Source: Nostoc sp. (GTDB lineage: Bacteria; Cyanobacteriota; Cyanobacteriia; Cyanobacteriales; Nostocaceae). From it: 64,000 bases of DNA. The notes under the pieces are model-generated. The model saw only the letters and a program-made list of their open reading frames with translations. It searched no databases and had not been told where the DNA came from. Both the position numbers and the translations under genes were made by a program. Below are positions 40,569 through 50,563 of this stretch, one piece after another. The stretch lies in NCBI RefSeq assembly GCF_036919495.1, contig NZ_JBALBZ010000027.1:7779-71778 (forward strand), given 5' to 3'. Positions within the stretch are counted from its first letter, which is position 1. Each line of letters starts with the position of its first letter.

Positions 40569-40892
40569 TTAATTATTTTCCTCTTCAAAATCTCCTTCAC
40601 TCAGTTCTTCATAAAGCAAATCTAATCCAATTAATACTCTCTCCCTATCTGAAAGATCCCCGATAATTTTGCGAACGGGTGGAGGCAAAATTTTAGATAA
40701 TGTTGGCGTCGCCAATATTTTATCTTCTTCTGCCAATTGCGGGCTTTTTAGTACATCGATCACTTTTAAAGCATAAACCCCTTTAAACTCCTGCTCTAAA
40801 ATATTTTTGAGTGTTTTTAATGCCCGGACTGAATTAGGGGTATTCCCTGCTACGTAAAGTTTGAGAACGTAGGTTTTTCTGGCTTTATCCAT
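40569..40892 (-). CDS. kaiB: circadian clock protein KaiB
   Basis: [28 protein letters not shown] thioredoxin-like fold. Start taken at MDKARK (the ORF is open to 40898). Confidence 0.95.
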   Translation of the reverse strand: MDKARKTYVLKLYVAGNTPNSVRALKTLKNILEQEFKGVYALKVIDVLKSPQLAEEDKILATPTLSKILPPPVRKIIGDLSDRERVLIGLDLLYEELSEGDFEEENN

Positions 40893-40996
40893 ATACATAC
40901 AAGCTAGTCATGAGAATATAAATACAATATTTGTTTACAGATTGTGCGTGATTAACAGAGGTAGCTTTTGCTAAGTTCAACATTGATAATTTTAAT

Positions 40997-41302
40997 TTAT
41001 CTAGAAATCGAACTTCTGTAGAGTTCGCATAGGTGAGCCAGGATATCTATCAACGTAAGACGATAATCAAGTAACGCTTCGTTGCTCCTGCCTTCTAATT
41101 TTAGCTGGTTAGAAAATTCTTCAATTATCTCCATGTGAATTTCGATGATTTGGGGCACAGGAATATTCGCATAAAATATAGTATTGATAAATTTATCAAT
41201 TTTTTCTTTGAGTGTTTTATCTGTGGTAAAATAGTTTATAAGAATCAAGCTGTAATCTGATTTAAGGTGTCTTAATAATCCTTGCCTTTCTGCTGGAGTC
41301 AT
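40997..41302 (-). CDS. kaiA: circadian clock protein KaiA, short (C-terminal-domain-only) form
   Basis: MTPAERQGLL...IPVPQIIEIHMEIIEEF...EGRSNEALLDYRLTLIDILAHLCELYR equals the KaiA C-terminal domain. 101 aa from ATG 41302. The frame stays open a further 92 codons to ATG 41578. Confidence 0.85.
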   Translation of the reverse strand: MTPAERQGLLRHLKSDYSLILINYFTTDKTLKEKIDKFINTIFYANIPVPQIIEIHMEIIEEFSNQLKLEGRSNEALLDYRLTLIDILAHLCELYRSSISR

Positions 41303-42226
41303 CTCCTGGAAAAGCTGTTGGCTTTTTTGGATGTGACTGGCAAATACATAGATGTACTTGTCTGTGTATAGTTGGTTTAAATTCTGTTGCAGCAAATTTG
41401 GTAAATAGTTAATTTTTCCAGAGGTAGTTGCAACAACGGGTGGATAGCAAAATTGGGCAATAATCGCGTCAATAAATTTCCACACCCATCTGCTCCAACC
41501 TTTTTGGTTGTGTAAATCAACTAGATTATTTAAACATTTGTTAACATCAGTTTGCAGAATCAATATCGGTAATAACATTTATTCTTAAATCTATCTCCTA
41601 GATCGCCCTGACCAAGAAACGTGGGCTGATAACTTTGGCTAACGTTTCTAAGGGAATACTAGCTGTGCAGGAAACTGGTAATTACACACCAAAATAACGC
41701 TCTATGTTAGCAGGTAGTGCTAGTACAGCGTGGCGTAAATCAAGCTACCATTTTAAAACTTGCAAAAGCCTCGACATACAAAAATTTTGACTTTTGACTT
41801 CCGCCTTGCGGCCCCTAGCCACTCAACAACTTAGTGCAGCAACTGAGTAATTAGACTTAGTAGGTCTTTGATGATGAGGTATTTGTCGGCATAGCAAGAC
41901 ACAGTAGCTAATCTATTATTTGCATATCTATGTATATAAATAGATAGATTTTTTAATTTTGCTCCTTGATAAGATACTTAAACGAACTTAAAGGATTGTC
42001 CCATTCTAAATCATTATAATTCCTCAAGGTTCTAAAGCGATTCTTTGGGGCCATAATTGTTTTAGCTGTCGCTATCGATGAGGAGTTTAAATACCAGTAA
42101 GACACTGGGGAGGCTAGTTGCTAGAACTTAGAAACGTCGCCTCTTAGAAAAATATAAAGGACGCAAAAGTGCCCGTGAGGGGAAATCCCGTTTTTTTATG
42201 GCGTTGAAATAACCAGAGTTGCTTAT

Positions 42227-45200
42227 ATGAGTCTTCTTAGAGGATATGGCTTCAGGCGAAAACACCATCAACATTTGGCAGATGGAAATGCCGGAGGGTT
42301 CCACAGGAAGAATGACCCCAAAAGCCCTATGTTAATGCTAGATTACCCGCTTTATGACTTTCAGGCAACCGTACCTAGCTGCCCCCAAACAAGTTCTCTA
42401 GCAGTGGTGTTGGAGATTTTTGAGCAAGAGCAGTGCGATCGCTTGGTAGTAGTGAATCAACATCACTGCCCCATCGGATTGCTGTATTCTGCCCGTTTAA
42501 TCCAAAAATTATTAGCACATAGTGACGATAAAAATCTAAATTTACACCAATCACTCTCTATCTGGGGTCAAGGTCTAATTGAGCCAATACAGACAATATC
42601 AGCTTCTGAGCGTGTAGAGCAATTAGGCTTGCACTTGAGTTATGCACAAGTCGAAAAGCAGAACTTAGATTGGGCGCTGATTGACTCTGATGGTCAATAT
42701 TTGGGGTTGCTAGATAGTTCCCGCCTGTTGCGATCGCTGGCTAAGGAACGCATGGCTGGGTTACAAAGTTCTGAGCCTCGCCATGAGTATGGTACTCGTG
42801 TACAGCCGCCAAATCAACCCAAGTCATTGGGACACCAGCCACTGGTACAGTTGCTAGAAAGACTGCCTTGGCCTTTGATGTTGCAAACGGGTACTGGCGA
42901 AGTGGTAGCACGAAATCCCGCCTGGTGGGAGCAATTAGGAGCCTTGAAAGATCCAGAAGGAGTTAGGCAACAGGTGGAGGCAATACTTGTCTCTAACCGC
43001 TCCGAAAAACCAGAATATGTCACCCAACGAAGCATCAAGGTTTATCCCAATGGTAGGGAGAATGAACATGGTGGTGAAGAGGAACTGACCCAGCAAGAAG
43101 CATCACCAGATCCTGTATACAGTCGCTGCTATTTAGATAGTCAAGTAGGTACTTGTACTTGCGTTGTCGAAGTGCAAAATGGTCAGGAGCGAATCTGGCA
43201 GTTTGCCAAAATTCCCTTAGATAGTCCTGAGTTTCAAGTCATGAGTGCTGAAGCTGAGGTTGCACTCAGCGAGGATTTGTGGTTGGTTTTAGCTACTGAT
43301 GTGACTGAGCAGCAACAGCTTTGCAAAGAACTGGCTGCAAAGAATGCCGATTTAATTCAACTAAATCGGTTGAAAGATGAATTTTTAGCTTGTATTAGTC
43401 ATGAACTCAAAACTCCCCTAACTGCCGTTTTAGGATTATCGCGGTTGCTGGTGGATCAGCAGTTGGGAGAACTCAACGAGCGTCAAGCCCGTTATGCGGG
43501 GCTGATTCATCAAAGCGGACGCCACCTAATGAGCGTAGTTAATGACATTTTAGATTTGACCCGGATGGAAACGGGACAAATGGATTTGACGCTAACTCCG
43601 GTGAAAATTCAGGCTGTGTGCGATCGCGCCTTATCAGATGCTAAAGCCATCCACACTCAAATTCCCAAAACTACATCTGCCTCGCCAACTCAAAACGCCC
43701 GTTCATCTGCTCCCCAATTCTGCCTTTCCATTGAACTAGGTTTAGACCAGATAGTGGCAGATGAATTGCGCTTGCGCCAGATGCTAGTACACCTACTTTC
43801 CAACGCCTTTAAATTCACCGAAATATCTGGTGAACTTGGGCTACGGGTGAGTCGTTGGGAAGGATGGATTGCCTTTACAGTTTGGGATACAGGCATTGGG
43901 ATTCCTGAACACCAGCAACACTTAATCTTTCAAAAATTCCAACAACTAGAAAATCCCCTGACTCGCCAATTTGAAGGTACTGGTTTGGGGCTGGTATTAA
44001 CTCGGGCCTTGGCTCGTCTCCACGGAGGAGATGTTAGCTTCTTATCGCGTGAAGGAAAAGGTAGCCAGTTTACACTACTTCTGCCACCCAGTCCCCCGAA
44101 AACAGGCTTTTTGGAACCAGATATAGGAATTGGAGAAGAGGAAGAAACACGATACCCATCGACACGGGAAAACTCCGCAGCCGCTCTTGGGCATGTTATT
44201 ACGTCCACACAGCATCATCCGGCCAGTTCGCAACGGTTGGTTTTAGTAGTCGAGGCAGTAGCGCGATATATTGAAGACTTGACCGAACAACTTAAAGGTT
44301 TAGGATATCGGGTAGTGATTGCGCGATCGGGAACAGAAGCAGTCGAAAAAGCTCGGCGCTTGCAACCAATAGCGATATTTTTGAATCCTTTGCTACCCTT
44401 GCTATCAGGCTGGGACGTGCTGACTTTACTAAAATCTGACACCGCAACCCGTCATATATCTGTAATTGTGACCGCAACGGCAGCCGAAAAGGAGCAAGCA
44501 TTTGCTAACCGAGCCGATGGTTTCTTAAGCTTGCCAGTAGAGAATCACCTTTTAGCACCAGTTCTCGAAAAATTATGTACTTCACCAGCAGTTTTGCCGC
44601 AAGGGTCAAATAACAGCGCAATTGTCCCAACTAAAACCCCACTGCGAATTCTCCGATTGGTGAATCCCCAGTTGGAATCGGTCAATCCCCACCCCTCACT
44701 TCGAGAACACCGAGTGATTGAAGTAGATGACCTAGATCAAGCAGAACTTTTGGCGCGGGTATGGCAGTTTGATGTCATTTTGCTAGATGTCGAAAGTACC
44801 ACCGCCCAAATTTATCTGCAACAACTAATTCAACACCCACGTTTGGCGGCTATACCACTAGTTACTTGCGATGTCGCAACTACTCTAATAGCTTCTAAAA
44901 TACCAGAATTATCTGTATTTCCTTACTTAACACCATTTGCTAGGGACAACAATAGTCGCACCGAAAACACAAATGCCTTACTATCAGTATTGGAAATTGC
45001 TTCTGGTATTTGCTGTCCTCCTAACATCTTGGTAGTAGATTTAACAATGCTGCGTGATTTACCACAGATAAGACGCAAGCAAGTTAAGGGTTCTCAGACA
45101 GCAAAAAATTGCTCAATTAGCAGTGAAACTGCGGAACGGGGGTCTGAGTGGTTCCAAGCTTTAATTCAGTACTTACAAACAGCAGGCTTCAAAGCGGCGA

Positions 45201-45568
45201 TGAGTCCCTGTTGGGCAGAAGTATTACAACAAATTCGCCACCAAAGCGTTGACTTACTGCTAATTTGTTTAGGAGAATCCACGATCCACAAAGACGTGCT
45301 AAAAGCACTGAAAACATTGGGAGATTCGCCTGATAAATTACCACCAATTTTAGTACTGAATCAGCGATTAAATCACCCAGAAACCAGTTTCCAGTCTGGG
45401 ATAGCTTACAAGGAAATTGACAAGCAAAAGAAGAATGGTTTGGAATCGATAGAAACTATTGTTGGTGCGATCGCTACCCAAATATTACCGCGATCGATAT
45501 CAATGGAAGACCTATTAAACCAGATCAATCACGCTTTAGCTGTCAATGGTTACAATCACAAATGTTGA
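42227..45568 (+). CDS. multidomain sensor histidine kinase with three degenerate receiver-like domains
   Basis: CBS-like N-terminus, H-box ISHELKTPL, N-box HLLSNAFKF, G1 DTGIGI, G2 GTGLGL. Three CheY-like segments follow; the acceptor position reads N in the first (IFLNPLLP), D in the second (ILLDVE) and C in the third (LLICLG). Confidence 0.85.
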   Translation: MSLLRGYGFRRKHHQHLADGNAGGFHRKNDPKSPMLMLDYPLYDFQATVPSCPQTSSLAVVLEIFEQEQCDRLVVVNQHHCPIGLLYSARLIQKLLAHSDDKNLNLHQSLSIWGQGLIEPIQTISASERVEQLGLHLSYAQVEKQNLDWALIDSDGQYLGLLDSSRLLRSLAKERMAGLQSSEPRHEYGTRVQPPNQPKSLGHQPLVQLLERLPWPLMLQTGTGEVVARNPAWWEQLGALKDPEGVRQQVEAILVSNRSEKPEYVTQRSIKVYPNGRENEHGGEEELTQQEASPDPVYSRCYLDSQVGTCTCVVEVQNGQERIWQFAKIPLDSPEFQVMSAEAEVALSEDLWLVLATDVTEQQQLCKELAAKNADLIQLNRLKDEFLACISHELKTPLTAVLGLSRLLVDQQLGELNERQARYAGLIHQSGRHLMSVVNDILDLTRMETGQMDLTLTPVKIQAVCDRALSDAKAIHTQIPKTTSASPTQNARSSAPQFCLSIELGLDQIVADELRLRQMLVHLLSNAFKFTEISGELGLRVSRWEGWIAFTVWDTGIGIPEHQQHLIFQKFQQLENPLTRQFEGTGLGLVLTRALARLHGGDVSFLSREGKGSQFTLLLPPSPPKTGFLEPDIGIGEEEETRYPSTRENSAAALGHVITSTQHHPASSQRLVLVVEAVARYIEDLTEQLKGLGYRVVIARSGTEAVEKARRLQPIAIFLNPLLPLLSGWDVLTLLKSDTATRHISVIVTATAAEKEQAFANRADGFLSLPVENHLLAPVLEKLCTSPAVLPQGSNNSAIVPTKTPLRILRLVNPQLESVNPHPSLREHRVIEVDDLDQAELLARVWQFDVILLDVESTTAQIYLQQLIQHPRLAAIPLVTCDVATTLIASKIPELSVFPYLTPFARDNNSRTENTNALLSVLEIASGICCPPNILVVDLTMLRDLPQIRRKQVKGSQTAKNCSISSETAERGSEWFQALIQYLQTAGFKAAMSPCWAEVLQQIRHQSVDLLLICLGESTIHKDVLKALKTLGDSPDKLPPILVLNQRLNHPETSFQSGIAYKEIDKQKKNGLESIETIVGAIATQILPRSISMEDLLNQINHALAVNGYNHKC

Positions 45569-45626
45569 TAGAGTCATTGGTCATTAGTTATTCTCAAAGG
45601 ACAAATAACCAATGACTAATGACAAT

Positions 45627-47561
45627 TTATGAAATATCCATTTTTTCACTTTTCTTTTTCTTAAAAGGAACTCGAACCAAGTTATAAGCACCCTTGGTTG
45701 ATAAATTCTTGTAATCATCTGGCTGTAAGTCCATTTGTAAAAACTTTTTCTGTTCAGCCAACAGCAGCACTGAGGCAGGTTTTAATCCTTTGGCAGCCTG
45801 GTTTTTGATATGCTCGATAGCCTCTTGGGGAAATCTTAAATAATTTACATGAATGTGGCTATAAAATACCACAGTAGGCTTTTTGAAGCCAAGCATGATC
45901 AATTCTTCATTTGGTTGTTTTGCTTCTAGAATGACCGCAGACAACTCCCTTAAGGGTAATTGACGTTCTCGATCAATAAAGAACGAAGCAGGGGTTAAAA
46001 CAAAAATTAAAAACGCCACAAACCCGATTAAATTAATAGCGATAACCTGGTTCCATTGGCGACTTAGTAATAAACCCGCAACTAAAACGGCACAAACTAG
46101 CCACATTACCCCGGCTATTACTGGTAAACCAGTTCTTTGAATTAGTTCGTGGAAGTTGCTTATAGCTGGATCAGTACCTAATATGTGGGTTATGTTAAAC
46201 AGTGCTGTAGACAGAACTGATAAAAATACTACATTTACCCAACCACTGACTCGGAGAAAAGACGGGGAGATGGGAGGAGTGGGAGAGGAGGGAACAGGTA
46301 TTGTTTGCCTAGCCTCTGTATCCTGGAAGAAGTCACTCCACAACAGGGCTACCAGGATGGCTGCTGCTGGCATTAAAGGCAACACGTAGCTAGGGAGTTT
46401 GGTAACAGCAACGGTGAAAAAGCCAAAGATGCTAGCAAACCAGAACCAGGCGAATAAACCAAATTGCTGAAAACGTTCAAGGGATCGCCAGTGCGATCGC
46501 TGCCAAAACTTTAATCTTACTATAGAAAGTGGTAAATACACTGAGTAGGGCGCAAAACCCAGCAGCACTACTAAAAAGTAAAAATACCAAGGTGCTGAAT
46601 GACCATTAACTACTTCTGTAAAGCGTTCCAGGTTATGATAACCAAAAAAGGCATTAATATAATTCCAGCCATTACGCCAAATTACTAAAGCATACCAGGG
46701 CACTGATAAACCTAAAATTATCAATACACCCACGAAAAGGCGCATTTCTCGCAACACCTCTCGAAATTTTCCCACGTAAAGCAAAAACGCGGCAACAATT
46801 AGCCCTGGTACAACAATTCCCACTGGCCCTTTAGTCAAAATTGCGCCAGCAATCAGCACATAAAAAGCTAAGTACCACTTATTAGGGAATAGGGCAGAAG
46901 AGGCAGAGGGGCAGGGGGCAGGGGGCAGAAAAGAGGAATTTTCCCCCTGCTCCCTGCTCCCTGCTCCCTGCTTCCTACTTCCTCCTTTCCCTGCATAGCC
47001 GAGAAAGAAACATAACAAAGCTGATGCCATACATCCGGTGAGCAGCATATCAGAGACACCAGTTCTCGCCCAAATAATAGTTTCGGGATTAAGTGCCATG
47101 AGGGCTGCTGCTATAAAAGATGTGAAGTAGCGGCGAGTAGGACGTGAAACTTGCTCTAATTCGTCTTGTTTAGCGAAATACCACTGTATGGTGTAAAAAG
47201 CTAAACAAACTAAGGCGAAGGCTGCGATCGCTGAAGGAAGGCGTACTGCCCACTCATTCACCCCTATAATTGCATAAGCGATCGCCTGACACCAGTAAAT
47301 TAAAGCAGGTTTATCGAAACGAGTGTCACCATTGAAAAATGGGGTAATCCAATCACCTGTGACGAACATCTGGCGGGAAGCTTCGGCAAATAACGGCTCT
47401 GTCTCATCAATCAAACCAATACTGCCCAAGTTCCACCCAAAAGCTATCCAGCCAATCAATATCAACCATAAAATCGACACAGTTACACCTTGGGCTGGAT
47501 TCTTTGCTATTTTGTTGAACCACTGATCAACATTGTGCTTAACACTCAATTTCATGCTCAT
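45627..47561 (-). CDS. ArnT-like glycosyltransferase family 39 membrane protein
   Basis: Polytopic 644-aa protein with LIDETEPLFAEA in the first loop. Carries an in-frame repeat-derived insert (46891-46990). Confidence 0.8.
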   Translation of the reverse strand: MSMKLSVKHNVDQWFNKIAKNPAQGVTVSILWLILIGWIAFGWNLGSIGLIDETEPLFAEASRQMFVTGDWITPFFNGDTRFDKPALIYWCQAIAYAIIGVNEWAVRLPSAIAAFALVCLAFYTIQWYFAKQDELEQVSRPTRRYFTSFIAAALMALNPETIIWARTGVSDMLLTGCMASALLCFFLGYAGKGGSRKQGAGSREQGENSSFLPPAPCPSASSALFPNKWYLAFYVLIAGAILTKGPVGIVVPGLIVAAFLLYVGKFREVLREMRLFVGVLIILGLSVPWYALVIWRNGWNYINAFFGYHNLERFTEVVNGHSAPWYFYFLVVLLGFAPYSVYLPLSIVRLKFWQRSHWRSLERFQQFGLFAWFWFASIFGFFTVAVTKLPSYVLPLMPAAAILVALLWSDFFQDTEARQTIPVPSSPTPPISPSFLRVSGWVNVVFLSVLSTALFNITHILGTDPAISNFHELIQRTGLPVIAGVMWLVCAVLVAGLLLSRQWNQVIAINLIGFVAFLIFVLTPASFFIDRERQLPLRELSAVILEAKQPNEELIMLGFKKPTVVFYSHIHVNYLRFPQEAIEHIKNQAAKGLKPASVLLLAEQKKFLQMDLQPDDYKNLSTKGAYNLVRVPFKKKKSEKMDIS

Positions 47562-47725
47562 TAGTCAATAGTCAACAATCACTACTCAATAGTCGTTGAT
47601 TATCTATCTTTTGTTCTTCGGAGTTTTAAATTCAACAATATTACACTTTTTCCCGTTCAGTAACGCCAGTTGTTCCAAGTTACCAAAGAAACATTCTCCA
47701 ACACGCTAGTACTACTAAATATCGA

Positions 47726-48361
47726 TTATGGACTCAGCACTAGTTGCCATTCTCTGTTTTGGGAATTCCATTTAGGTAATTGAGTTTCGCCAACAACATA
47801 GGGGCCCCAGTAACGACGGGAACCATCTTGTGCGAAAGCAACTAAAATATCTCCCTTCTCCAGCTTTAAATTATTCTGAGGTAGGGATAAAATTAGTCCC
47901 TTCTCACTTCCTTCTTGGGGAGCGAAATCCCAATGTGCTGGTACATCATAGTTAGCCTGTTTAGTACCAGAGCCTTTTGCGAGCGACTGTCGCGCCAGTA
48001 GAGCCAACCGTACAGGCTGATTTGTTTGATTGCTCATTCGCAAAGTTCCTTGATCCTTACTTTTGCTTGCTGATTTATCACGCTCTGCCAAGACAGGATA
48101 AGTATTCTCTTTAATATTATGTTCTACTTGATTGGTTGAGGTAGTTGCTGGAGTAGATAGACTAGCGGAAATACCCTTTTCAGGTGAAACGGGTGTAGAG
48201 GAAGCCCTCTCCCACTGAGTAGTTTCAGCCGGCGGTTGTGAAGATGTATCTGGGTTTGTGGACTCAAGGGATACGCTCACTCCAAAGCATCCCACCAGAG
48301 CAACAAGCAGTCCCAAGCAAAAAACTGTAATACCGAGGTTACGATATACTGAGAATTTCAT
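47726..48361 (-). CDS. hypothetical lipoprotein/secreted protein
   Basis: Signal peptide with LVALVGC, Ser/Thr/Pro-rich linker, conserved-looking C-terminal half. No recognisable family. Confidence 0.5.
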   Translation of the reverse strand: MKFSVYRNLGITVFCLGLLVALVGCFGVSVSLESTNPDTSSQPPAETTQWERASSTPVSPEKGISASLSTPATTSTNQVEHNIKENTYPVLAERDKSASKSKDQGTLRMSNQTNQPVRLALLARQSLAKGSGTKQANYDVPAHWDFAPQEGSEKGLILSLPQNNLKLEKGDILVAFAQDGSRRYWGPYVVGETQLPKWNSQNREWQLVLSP

Positions 48362-48921
48362 ATTGATAGTTATTAGAAATAAATATTTTGTTTAAGCTTG
48401 ACCAAATAGTAACCTATTATCCCAAAAGGGAATCATAGAAAGTAATCTAATACAAACTTTCCTAAAATTAGCGATACGAATGTATTATAAGTATCCTTTT
48501 GATTAGAAAATATTTGGAGAAAATAATTTCCTTGATGTTTGACAAACAAGGAGTACAAATACTCATTGCTTTGTGTCTTGACCGTAGGCTTGGATAAAAA
48601 CAAGAAAATTAGATACCGAGCCAGCCAATTCATTTGTATAAAGAAAAATAAAAATTCCGTGAAACCACTAGTGGCCCCAACAAGGCGTTTTTTGCCAAAC
48701 CCTTAGATAAATCTAAGATGCATATTTCATCTTGCCTTAGAATAAGCAGCCTTTTAAGGGGCTATACTTCCCTAAACATGATAGGATGTGCAAATTTGAA
48801 TCGACGCTGAAAGCGTAGCAGATATCTATAATATTAACAAACAAGCGATGTTAAAACCAATATCCTCCTTAATATAAAAGATATTTCAAGATATCTTGAC
48901 TTTTTTTCAGAAGTCTATGTG

Positions 48922-49254
48922 ATGCAAAACACTCGTCTCAATAACTTATTCGATGCCATTGCTACACGCTTGGGGCAATGGTTTTTAAATCCTTGGCGAC
49001 GGCTATCGTTGCTAATCATTAGTTTTTTGTTTGGTTTTTTTCTGGCAAACGTAGCTTCCACTACAGCCGGTCAACGAGCAGAATTAGACATTGTGGTAGC
49101 TGCTTTTTTAGTAGTGTTGACGGAAATTACCAGTAGGATATTTTATCATCGCAGCTTTTTGGAAAGGCGATCGCTCTTAGTAGACTCACTAAATCTCCTC
49201 AAAGTTGGTTTTATCTACGGGCTGTTTCTCGAAGCCTTTAAGCTGGGATCGTAG
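48922..49254 (+). CDS. Ycf20-like (DUF565) membrane protein
   Basis: LGQWFLNPWRRLSLLIISFLFGFFLAN... is the pattern of Ycf20 family proteins. Confidence 0.65.
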   Translation: MQNTRLNNLFDAIATRLGQWFLNPWRRLSLLIISFLFGFFLANVASTTAGQRAELDIVVAAFLVVLTEITSRIFYHRSFLERRSLLVDSLNLLKVGFIYGLFLEAFKLGS

Positions 49255-49262
49255 GGTGGGAG

Positions 49263-50285
49263 ATGAGGGAGATAAGGGAGATGGAGAAGCAGGAAACAAG
49301 AGAAGCGGCGTTAGCAGATAGGTTAAGGGCAAAAGCTTTTGGGATCACGCCGGAAAATGTCGATGAGATGATAGAAAAGCGATCGCATTTACTAAAATCT
49401 GTCTTCCCAGCTTTTAGCCAGTTCTGCCAAACTAGCCTCAAAGTCGAACCCCAGCAAATGTTACAGGTGTTGTGGGACTTGTGGCTGCCTTTGGGAATCA
49501 AGCTAGCATCGCAGCGCCAACAGTTAAAACGCCCCCTGATTCAAGGAATATTGGGAGGACAAGGCACTGGTAAAACCACTATGTCCAAGGTTCTCAGTTT
49601 GATTCTCGATCGGTTGGGATATCGGACTGTGAGTTTATCTTTGGATGACTTATATAAAACTTACAGCGATCGCTTGGTTTTAACACAGCAAGATCCTCGC
49701 TTGATTTGGCGCGGCCCACCAGGAACCCACGATGTAGATTTAGGTTTAAATGTACTAGATCAGATTCGCCAGTTGCAAAGTCCTGTGATGGTTCCCCGCT
49801 TTGATAAATCTGCTTTTGGAGGTGCTGGCGATCGCACTACTCCAGAAATCGTTACAGGTGTAGATATTGTACTATTTGAAGGTTGGTTTGTGGGTGTGCG
49901 ACCAATTAATATAGATGTATTTGACACTGCACTACCGCCAATTCTTACAGATGAAGATAAAGCATTTGCCCGTGATATTAATCATCGCCTCCACGATTAT
50001 TTACCACTGTGGGAGCGATTAGACAGCTTAATTGTGCTATATCCAACTGATTATCGCTGTTCTTTAGAGTGGCGCAAACAAGCAGAACAGCAGATGATTG
50101 CTGCGGGTAAATCGGGGATGAGCAATGCAGAGATAGAGCAATTTGTCAATTATTTTTGGCGATCGCTTCACCCGGAATTATTCATCAGTCCGTTGGTAAA
50201 AGATGCGACAGTGGTTGATATGGTGATTGAGATTCATGCCGATCATAGCTTTGGTGAAGTGTATTGCGATCGGGCTAATTCATAA
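49263..50285 (+). CDS. D-glycerate 3-kinase (plant/cyanobacterial GLYK type)
   Basis: P-loop GGQGTGKTT, then LSLDDLYKTYSDR...DPRLIWRGPPGTHDV. The first about 15 codons lie in a G-rich repeat, so the true start may be further downstream. Confidence 0.75.
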   Translation: MREIREMEKQETREAALADRLRAKAFGITPENVDEMIEKRSHLLKSVFPAFSQFCQTSLKVEPQQMLQVLWDLWLPLGIKLASQRQQLKRPLIQGILGGQGTGKTTMSKVLSLILDRLGYRTVSLSLDDLYKTYSDRLVLTQQDPRLIWRGPPGTHDVDLGLNVLDQIRQLQSPVMVPRFDKSAFGGAGDRTTPEIVTGVDIVLFEGWFVGVRPINIDVFDTALPPILTDEDKAFARDINHRLHDYLPLWERLDSLIVLYPTDYRCSLEWRKQAEQQMIAAGKSGMSNAEIEQFVNYFWRSLHPELFISPLVKDATVVDMVIEIHADHSFGEVYCDRANS

Positions 50286-50459
50286 TTCGTAATTCTTGTA
50301 CAGACGCGATTAATCGCGTCTCCTATGGTTTTGACGCAGATTTAGAAGCGTTACTAAATAACCAAGATAAAAGATTTGCAACTGTAGCAGCCCCAAAATA
50401 GAACAGCGCAATAACCCGCATGAATCTTTAATACATAACGCCGTGTGCAACTTTCTCTC

Positions 50460-50485
50460 AGACCTAACCCCCAGCCCCTTCCCTT
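50460..50485 (+). repeat. dispersed repeat, copy 3 (truncated)
   Basis: agacctaacccccagccccttccctt; identical to the left half of copies 1 and 2. Confidence 0.8.
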
Positions 50486-50563
50486 ACATTGTATTATATT
50501 GTAGTAACAGTAGTCTGGAATCAAGGCATCGCTTGAGACTCAGGAAAGTCCCTACTGCCTTAA

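Noticed and set aside
48433-48633. 66-aa minus-strand ORF between the 211-aa lipoprotein gene and the ycf20-like gene
   Set aside because: AT-rich, with no motifs and no ribosome-binding context. Probably non-coding leader DNA.
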